12,490 nucleotides of DNA from a bacterium (GTDB taxonomy: Bacteria; JAHJDO01), in the NCBI GenBank assembly GCA_043824255.1, contig JBDRTG010000044.1:1-12490 (forward strand). Reading direction: 5' to 3'. The notes below the pieces were generated by a model, which saw only the letters and a list, made by a program, of their open reading frames with translations, searched no databases and had not been told where the DNA came from. The position numbers and the translations under genes were made by a program. Every line of letters starts with the position of its first letter. Position 1 is the stretch's first letter. Shown piece after piece: positions 6,355-12,490 of the stretch.

Positions 6355-6744
6355 CTACCCTGCAAAATACCCCATGATGGTAAGAAAGACACCAAAGACC
6401 ATAACTATGAACAAAGGAACCTTTAACAGGACTGTGTTTTTCTGGTATACCTCTGTCAATTTGGCTACTGTGTTCGGAAAAATGATCAGCCAGACTCCTT
6501 TAATGAGTGCGAGCCAGCCGAAAATTGTAATGATTACAGCCCAGTTAGCTACCAATATATTGTGAAACAGCAGTATAAGAAGACCGAATAGAAGCGCAAG
6601 TATTCCGCCAAGATAAAGCAAAGCAGAGTTTTCGCAGAAATCTTTCAGAACCTTCTGATAGCCTTTCAGGTTAAAGAGAATTCCTACAGCTACAATGATA
6701 CAATACGGACCAAGAATTTTAGCAAGAAATATTGAGTTTTCCAT
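6355..6744 (-). CDS. Small integral membrane protein of unknown function (about 4 TM helices)
   Basis: 129 aa, mostly hydrophobic. Strong SD AAGGAG upstream of the ATG. Starts 15 nt downstream of the mscS stop. Confidence 0.8.
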   Translation of the reverse strand: MENSIFLAKILGPYCIIVAVGILFNLKGYQKVLKDFCENSALLYLGGILALLFGLLILLFHNILVANWAVIITIFGWLALIKGVWLIIFPNTVAKLTEVYQKNTVLLKVPLFIVMVFGVFLTIMGYFAG

Positions 6745-6759
6745 GTGAATCTCCTTTTA

Positions 6760-7848
6760 TTATGACTTCGTCTTTTCCTCATTCTCCAGATATATTGACT
6801 GTGTTGGGAAAGCAAATTCTATTTGGTTCTCTTCAAACTGCTTTTTGATTTCCAGATTTATTTCCTCTGTTGCCTGAAGAAATTCCTGATATTTTGTATA
6901 TTTGCACCAGTGCATTATAAGTATGTTCAGAGAGTAATCCGCATATTCCTTGAAATACACCCAGGACTTCTCCGTTGAAGCATGATTCTTTAAAATATTT
7001 CTTAATATTTCTAATGCTTTTTTTAACTTATCATAGCTTGTGTTATATGTAACACTTATTGTGTACATATTCTTTATAAATGGACGCTTCTGAATATTAT
7101 TGATTATGGATTCTACAACTTTACCATTCGGCACTATAACCAGTGTGCCATCTAAAGTCCTTACCTTTGTACTGCGCAGTCCAATAGACTCAATCGGACC
7201 ATCGTAACCTTCAATCTGAACTCTGTCGCCAATCTGAAAAGGTTTATCAATAAAAATCGTTAGCGCGCCAAAAAAATTAGAGATACTATCCTTTGCTGCA
7301 AGCGCAATCGCAACACCTCCAATACCCATACTAACAAGAATGGATTTAATATCATAATTCATATTGTCCAGTATTACTGCTACTGTTATTATCCAGATGA
7401 AGATCTTTGCTACCTTTTGAAGAATAGGCAGTAATTGATCATCAAGCTTGGATTCTGTCCTTTCAACATAAGGAGCCAAATATTCCATAAAAATATCAAC
7501 TGCCTTAACAAGGAAATAGGCGATATTAACAGCAATCGCTATTTTTAGAATATGTTCAGCTCCCTTTTTTGCAATCTCAGGGATATTAAGGATTTCTACG
7601 ATTATTACTATTCCTATGGTATACAGCAGGAACGACAGAGGACCGCGCAGAGAATCTACAGTTTTACTCATGATACGCAGCTTGGAATTCTTAAATTTAC
7701 TAAAAACCTTCTTTAACCTGTTAATTACCATTACATTCAATACCCTGTTTGCAATACCTGCAGCTAGCAGGATGCCAAAACAAATAATATAACTGGATAC
7801 TGAATTATTCATAAACTGAATCCTAAATAAATTCATTAAATTCAACAT
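6760..7848 (-). CDS. Small-conductance mechanosensitive channel (MscS family, with extra N-terminal TM helices, YnaI-like)
   Basis: 362 aa. Motifs: GIGGVAIALAAKDSISNFFG, DKPFQIGDRV, IGLRSTKVRTLDG...VPN, IEFAFPTQ. Confidence 0.93.
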   Translation of the reverse strand: MLNLMNLFRIQFMNNSVSSYIICFGILLAAGIANRVLNVMVINRLKKVFSKFKNSKLRIMSKTVDSLRGPLSFLLYTIGIVIIVEILNIPEIAKKGAEHILKIAIAVNIAYFLVKAVDIFMEYLAPYVERTESKLDDQLLPILQKVAKIFIWIITVAVILDNMNYDIKSILVSMGIGGVAIALAAKDSISNFFGALTIFIDKPFQIGDRVQIEGYDGPIESIGLRSTKVRTLDGTLVIVPNGKVVESIINNIQKRPFIKNMYTISVTYNTSYDKLKKALEILRNILKNHASTEKSWVYFKEYADYSLNILIMHWCKYTKYQEFLQATEEINLEIKKQFEENQIEFAFPTQSIYLENEEKTKS

Positions 7849-7851
7849 AAT

Positions 7852-9099
7852 CTATGGATATAATCCTCTTATCTTTATAGCTTCTGCTACTCTACCTACA
7901 GCAAGCATATATGCAGCCATTCTCATATCAACATTCTCTTTTTCCGATATTGCCAGAACATCGTAAAATGCCTTTGTCATAATATCTCTCAGCTTGAGAT
8001 TAACTTCTCTCTTACTCCAGAAGTAACTTTGTAATCCCTGAACCCATTCAAAATATGAGACAGTTACTCCTCCTGCATTTGCCAGAATGTCAGGAACTAC
8101 ATATATCCCTTTCTGTTTTAGTATATTATCTGCCTCATTAGTTACGGGGCCATTGGCAGCTTCAACAATAATCTTGGCCTTAATCTCCTCAGCATTATCC
8201 TCTCTTATCTGCCCTTCTAAGGCAGCAGGTATCAAAATATCACACTTTAACTCAAGCAGACTCTTATTCTCTATAGAATCTGCATCCTTATATTTAGCCA
8301 CAGTACCTGTGTCGGCCAAATGCTTACTAAGCTTTTCTATATCTAATCCACGAGGATTATAGATGCTTCCATAAACATCACCAACACCTATAATCTTGCA
8401 ACCTTCCTTATAAAGCAATTCTGCAGTTGCTCTTCCAACATTGCCGTATCCTTGAATAACGATAGACGTATCCTCTATATCCATATTAAAATGCTTAAGT
8501 GTATTCAATGCTGTGTACGTCACACCTCTTCCCGTAGCTTCTTCCCTCCCCTGAGAACCGCCTACGGATATTGGTTTTCCTGTTACCACGCCTGGAACAA
8601 CATAACCTTTATCCATACTGTATGTGTCCATAATCCATGCCATGACCTGAGGGTTTGTATTCATATCAGGAGCTGGGATATCCTTTTCAGGTCCTATTAT
8701 CATTATTATTTCAGAGGTATATCTTCTTGTAAGTCTTTCTATCTCCCCTATTGACATTTTAGCCGGGTCACAGATAACCCCACCCTTTGCTCCACCATAT
8801 GGTATTCCAACCACAGCGCACTTCCATGTCATAAGCATTGCCAATGCTTTGACTTCATCAAGAGTTACATCCGGATGAAACCTAATTCCGCCTTTAGAAG
8901 GTCCGCGATGTGTATTATGCTGCACCCTATAACCAGTAAACACCTCAAAACCACCATTATCTAATCTTACAGGAATAGAAACTGTTAACTCTCTCACACA
9001 TTTACTGAGCCTCTTATGCGCTACTTCGTCCAGATCTACCTTTTTTGCCACATTATTAAGAAGTTCTAAGGCATTATGCCACAGATTAAACGCCATCAT
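7852..9099 (-). CDS. gdhA: Glutamate dehydrogenase (Glu/Leu/Phe/Val dehydrogenase family)
   Basis: 415 aa. Motifs: GYRVQH, GPSKGGIRFHP, MTWKCA, GGAKGG, DIPAPDMNT, VTGKP, GREEATGRG, GYGNVG (Rossmann), EAANGP, PDILANAGGVTVSYFEWVQ. SD AGGGAGGGG. Confidence 0.95.
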   Translation of the reverse strand: MMAFNLWHNALELLNNVAKKVDLDEVAHKRLSKCVRELTVSIPVRLDNGGFEVFTGYRVQHNTHRGPSKGGIRFHPDVTLDEVKALAMLMTWKCAVVGIPYGGAKGGVICDPAKMSIGEIERLTRRYTSEIIMIIGPEKDIPAPDMNTNPQVMAWIMDTYSMDKGYVVPGVVTGKPISVGGSQGREEATGRGVTYTALNTLKHFNMDIEDTSIVIQGYGNVGRATAELLYKEGCKIIGVGDVYGSIYNPRGLDIEKLSKHLADTGTVAKYKDADSIENKSLLELKCDILIPAALEGQIREDNAEEIKAKIIVEAANGPVTNEADNILKQKGIYVVPDILANAGGVTVSYFEWVQGLQSYFWSKREVNLKLRDIMTKAFYDVLAISEKENVDMRMAAYMLAVGRVAEAIKIRGLYP

Positions 9100-9120
9100 T
9101 TCCCCTCCCCTTTTTTTTAT

Positions 9121-9462
9121 TTATTCTATTGCGCTTCTTCCTCTTTCTCTCGTTCTAACACGTATCACGTCTTCAACAGGCAATACAAATATCTTCCCTG
9201 CGCCAATCTGCCCTGTTCTTGCAAGCTTTTGTATTACATCAATTGTATCCTCAACCCTTTCCTCTTCTGTAACGATCTCTATCTTCACTTTTGGTAAAAA
9301 ATTAATAGACTTATTACTTTCAATATTTTTCAGGTGCCCCTTTTGTTTTCCACAACCACTTACTTCAGTGATCGTCATTCCATCAATTGCCATTTCTCTG
9401 AAACCTTCTTTTATCTCTTTTAATTTAAACGGCTGAACGATACATTCGATTTTCTTTAACAT
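9121..9462 (-). CDS. P-II family nitrogen regulatory protein (GlnB/GlnK-like) with a divergent T-loop
   Basis: 113 aa. Motifs: KKIECIVQPFKL, GMTITEVSGCGKQKG, FLPKVKIEIV, RTGQIGAGKIF, IRVRT. SD AAGGGG. Confidence 0.93.
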   Translation of the reverse strand: MLKKIECIVQPFKLKEIKEGFREMAIDGMTITEVSGCGKQKGHLKNIESNKSINFLPKVKIEIVTEEERVEDTIDVIQKLARTGQIGAGKIFVLPVEDVIRVRTRERGRSAIE

Positions 9463-9491
9463 AACAACTTTCCCCTTTTATATTTTTATGT

Positions 9492-9519
9492 ATGATACCA
9501 AATATTAGCTTAATGTCCA
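9492..9519 (-). promoter_or_regulatory. Sigma70-type promoter for the P-II/gdh/mscS unit
   Basis: Minus strand: TGGACA (9519-9514), 16-nt spacer ending in TGG (extended -10), then TATCAT (9497-9492). Confidence 0.5.
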
Positions 9520-9538
9520 AACAAGTTGCAGAGATTCT

Positions 9539-10972
9539 TCAGGACAATTTTGATTTTAAGATTCTATTTACGAGCTGAGGATTGGCTTTGCCCTTTGTCT
9601 CTCTCATAATTTGACCTACGAGAAAAGCTAATGCATTCTGCTTACCAGATCTAAAGTCATTAACTGGTTTCGGATTCTGCCGAATAATTTTATCAATTAT
9701 CGAAACCAGTTCTCCCTCATCTGAAAGTTGAACAAGGTCTTTTTCTGACACAATCTGTTTTGCATCCTTTCCAGTACATACCATATCCTGAAATACATCC
9801 TTAGCAATCTTCCCGCTTATTGTCCCATTCTCAATCAAACCAAGCAGTTCTCCTAATTGTTCTGGAGACACATTAAGATTATCTATATTGATCTTTTTAT
9901 CCTTAAGAGCTGCTAAAATATCGCCTGTTATCCAGTTTGCAATTGTTTTGCAATTTGGAAAATGCCTTGAACACTCTTCAAAATAATCTGCAATCCTTTT
10001 ATCCATTGTAAGCACTTCCACATCATAATCAGAAAGTCTATACTCCTTTTTTAATCTATCCCTGCGTGCTTTTGGAAGTTCAGGGAGACTTTGTCTCGTT
10101 TTATTCACCCATTCTTTATCAATATTTATCCTTACCAGATCAGGCTCTGGAAAATATCTATAATCATGAGCTTCTTCCTTACTCCTCATGGATTCTGTTC
10201 TATTAAGATCTGTGTTCCACAGGCGTGTCTCCTGAATTACTCTCTTTTCTTCATTAATCGCTTTTTTCTGACGTGTAATTTCGTACTCAAGAGCTTTCTC
10301 GACACCTTTAAATGAATTCATGTTTTTTAGTTCTGTCTTTGTTCCGAGTCCGCTTTCTCCCACAGGTCTTATTGAGATATTTGCGTCACAGCGAAGACTG
10401 CCTTCTTCCATATTACAGTCAGAAATCTCCAGATATTCCAGTATTTGCTTTAAAGATATAAGATATTGATATGCTTCCTCAGGAGAGTTTATATCAGGCT
10501 CTGAAACAATCTCAAGCAAGGGCACGCCGGCTCTATTTAAATCAATTCTGCTCCTTGAATCTTCTGAATTTTCAGAATGAATCAGCTTCCCAGCATCTTC
10601 TTCCATGTGAACTCTGGTTATGCGTATTTTTTTTACCTTCCCATCAAGCTTAATCTGAATCCAGCCATTTTCCCCAAGAGGCATATCATATTGCGATATC
10701 TGATAACCTTTTGGAAGATCAGGATAAAAATAGTTCTTTCTGTGGAAAATACACCTCTCAACAACAGTACAATTAGTTGCTAATGCTGTTTTAATAGCGG
10801 ACTGAACCACATTCTTATTCAAAACAGGCAGTACACCCGGAAGCCCCAGGCAAACAGGACATGTTTGTGTATTTGGAGACGCACCAAAATTCGTACTGCA
10901 TCCGCAAAATATTTTAGTCTTTGTTGAAAGCTGAACGTGAACTTCCAGCCCAATTACCGGTTCGTAGTTCAT
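9539..10972 (-). CDS. gatB: Asp-tRNA(Asn)/Glu-tRNA(Gln) amidotransferase subunit B
   Basis: 477 aa. Motifs: VIGLEVHVQL, CPVCLGLPG, RKNYFYPDLPKGYQISQ, HMEEDAGK, DLNRAGVPLLEIVSEPD, EGSLRCDANIS, RSKEEAHDYRYFPEPDL, and a C-terminal Yqey-like domain. Confidence 0.98.
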   Translation of the reverse strand: MNYEPVIGLEVHVQLSTKTKIFCGCSTNFGASPNTQTCPVCLGLPGVLPVLNKNVVQSAIKTALATNCTVVERCIFHRKNYFYPDLPKGYQISQYDMPLGENGWIQIKLDGKVKKIRITRVHMEEDAGKLIHSENSEDSRSRIDLNRAGVPLLEIVSEPDINSPEEAYQYLISLKQILEYLEISDCNMEEGSLRCDANISIRPVGESGLGTKTELKNMNSFKGVEKALEYEITRQKKAINEEKRVIQETRLWNTDLNRTESMRSKEEAHDYRYFPEPDLVRINIDKEWVNKTRQSLPELPKARRDRLKKEYRLSDYDVEVLTMDKRIADYFEECSRHFPNCKTIANWITGDILAALKDKKINIDNLNVSPEQLGELLGLIENGTISGKIAKDVFQDMVCTGKDAKQIVSEKDLVQLSDEGELVSIIDKIIRQNPKPVNDFRSGKQNALAFLVGQIMRETKGKANPQLVNRILKSKLS

Positions 10973-11041
10973 AACATCTTATTTTAACCTTATTTCCGCA
11001 AAACACAATCACAAAAAATTTCAGAAAAATGAAAAAAGTTC

Positions 11042-11070
11042 TTGACAAAGAAAATGTTTTGCGCTAAAGT
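11042..11070 (+). promoter_or_regulatory. Sigma70-type promoter of the GntR/LacI regulator
   Basis: TTGACA (11042-11047), 17-nt spacer, TAAAGT (11065-11070), with A-tracts upstream (UP-element-like). Confidence 0.65.
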
Positions 11071-11115
11071 AAAAATTAACTCGGGATACTGAGATGATTT
11101 TTTGGAGATTTTTAA

Positions 11116-12183
11116 ATGAAAATTGATAAAAATAGCCCTCTACCGCGATATTATCAATTAATGTCTATTATCAAACGCCGGGCTTCCAGGTTAAAAGCTG
11201 GTGACAGGATAGATACAGTAGTGAAATTATGCGCTAAATATAAACTGAGCAAGGCCACTGTCGAAAAAGCAATCTCTGAACTTGTAAAACAAAATATATT
11301 GGTTTCTCAAGTGGGCAACGGTACTTTCGTTCAATCTTTAACCGGACAGAAACAATCTTATCATAAAAATATAGGGTTATTTTTAAACAGCTCAGGTCCG
11401 GGCAAGAGCGGGAATATGGGCTTCTATGGAGATTTTCTGGAGAAACTTCATGAGCTTTTAAATAAAGAAAACTATAATGTAAAACATCATTTTCTAAAAG
11501 ATAAAAATCTCTCTAAATTAAGATTAAATAATGATGCTCTTAAGAACATGCTTGGCGCGATTTTTATTGGAATATATTCAGGTGATAATAAAGTTCTATT
11601 TAAAACTATCCCAAGCGTATTTGTTGACTGTGAGTTAAATAACAGAAATGTAGTATCAATAGTTGGCAAAAATCTCTCAGGCGGAGAGGAAGCAACAAAA
11701 CATCTTCTAAACTTAGGGCTTAAAAAAATTGGATTTGTGGGAGATAATCAGCCAAATTACAAATTAAGGTACCAAGGATATTGCGAAGCGTTAAATACTG
11801 CCAGGATACCACTCAACAATAAAATTGTATGGTTTGATTATAATAAAGCAAACAAAGACTTAAAAAAAACTCCGTCCATTGTTGATAGTTTATTCTGTTG
11901 CGCAGACTGGATTACTATCAGGGTTGTAAATTCGCTGCATAAAAACGGCATTAATATTCCCAAAGGCATAAGCATAGTATCATATGATAACACAGATATA
12001 TTAACGCATGTTGAGCCTTCGATTACGAGCATTTCTGTTGACAGGGCTGAAATGGCAACAAAGGCACTTAATGCTCTGCAAATGATGATTAAAAAAGAAA
12101 TAAATACTGGTAAAGTCATAGAAGTTTCAACAAAAATGGTCGTAAGAGATTCAACTTCTAATTTTGCTAAAAGAAAGAAATAA
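11116..12183 (+). CDS. GntR-HTH / LacI-type sugar-binding domain transcriptional regulator (AraR-like architecture)
   Basis: 355 aa. N-terminal GntR HTH (PLPRYYQL...GDRI...SKATVEKAISEL...GNGTFV) and a C-terminal periplasmic-binding-protein-like domain (ATKHLLNLG.KKIGF, FCCAD, IPKGISIVSYDN, PSITSI, VVRDST). SD GGAG. Confidence 0.92.
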   Translation: MKIDKNSPLPRYYQLMSIIKRRASRLKAGDRIDTVVKLCAKYKLSKATVEKAISELVKQNILVSQVGNGTFVQSLTGQKQSYHKNIGLFLNSSGPGKSGNMGFYGDFLEKLHELLNKENYNVKHHFLKDKNLSKLRLNNDALKNMLGAIFIGIYSGDNKVLFKTIPSVFVDCELNNRNVVSIVGKNLSGGEEATKHLLNLGLKKIGFVGDNQPNYKLRYQGYCEALNTARIPLNNKIVWFDYNKANKDLKKTPSIVDSLFCCADWITIRVVNSLHKNGINIPKGISIVSYDNTDILTHVEPSITSISVDRAEMATKALNALQMMIKKEINTGKVIEVSTKMVVRDSTSNFAKRKK

Positions 12184-12205
12184 ACAATAAAAATGGAGGT
12201 GTGTT

Positions 12206-12490
12206 ATGAGAAGAAGAATGTATGTGAGAGTGGTTGTTGTGTTGTGTCTAAGTTTATTACTATCCTGCTATGGCGTAAACCAGCTGCAAGCTGAAGATAA
12301 GGCTATCATATGTTTTCAAACAAACTGGGGCGGCAATTTGGGTAATTCCAGAGCAGCAGAACGTCTTAAAGAGGCAAAATGCAGTTTTGTTTATATGGGC
12401 ATTCCTTTTTGGATGTATATATGTCAGCAGGATATTGATTATACTAAAAAGGCTGAATCAGAGTATTTTTTAAAAAATCACTGGCGTCTT
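12206..12490 (+). CDS. Exported protein of unknown function; 5' part only, runs off the window
   Basis: Not in the ORF track. SD GGAGGT at 12195-12200 and ATG at 12206, open for 95 codons: MRRRMYVRVVVVLCLSLLLSCYGVNQLQAEDKAIICFQTNWGGNLG.... Basic and hydrophobic signal peptide with either a lipobox-like LLSC or an SPase I site LQA/ED. Confidence 0.8.
   Translation, partial: MRRRMYVRVVVVLCLSLLLSCYGVNQLQAEDKAIICFQTNWGGNLGNSRAAERLKEAKCSFVYMGIPFWMYICQQDIDYTKKAESEYFLKNHWRL

Noticed and set aside
6206..6565. 119-aa plus-strand ORF
   Set aside because: It overlaps two better-supported minus-strand genes that have SD sequences and coherent architecture.
9101..9118. AAAAAAGGGAGGG shared between the gdh leader and the CBM-gene leader (223-235)
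   Set aside because: This is an A-rich stretch plus a Shine-Dalgarno sequence, not a separate repeat element.
8087..12119. ORFs 8087-8362, 8452-8754, 9076-9297, 10091-10315, 10471-10653, 10577-10783, 11487-11669 and 11838-12119
   Set aside because: Antisense shadows of gdh, P-II, gatB and the GntR/LacI gene.
1..12490. CRISPR arrays, tRNA/rRNA genes, IS elements, riboswitches and intrinsic terminators
   Set aside because: All intergenic gaps are under 150 nt and none showed such structure by eye. No transposase or integrase ORF is present. A covariance-model search was not run.

Overview
AT-rich bacterial chromosomal window. Twelve genes lie on the minus strand and two divergent genes on the plus strand. 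In transcription order the minus strand carries: a stand-alone gatB; a four-gene block of P-II regulator, glutamate dehydrogenase, MscS channel and a small membrane protein; a 75-aa secreted Pro-rich peptide with a PEP-CTERM-like (APLPGS-TM-RRKR) sorting signal that overlaps a divergent exosortase gene; mnmG; and a unit of DeoR regulator, DhnA-type aldolase, class-III aminotransferase and a secreted CBM-like protein (truncated at the window edge). The plus strand carries a GntR/LacI (AraR-type) regulator and the start of an exported protein. The best candidate for a new system is the micro-peptide/exosortase pair. Its substrate would leave only about 21-25 residues (WGWRPRPPVPPPPVAPPAAAK...), and the enzyme keeps the catalytic Cys and Arg but has Asp where the triad His is expected. 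The second candidate is a tyrosine-free P-II protein with a rewritten T-loop, linked to gdh and mscS instead of amtB. No rRNA, tRNA, CRISPR array or mobile element was recognised. All calls come from motifs recognised by eye, and no database search was run.
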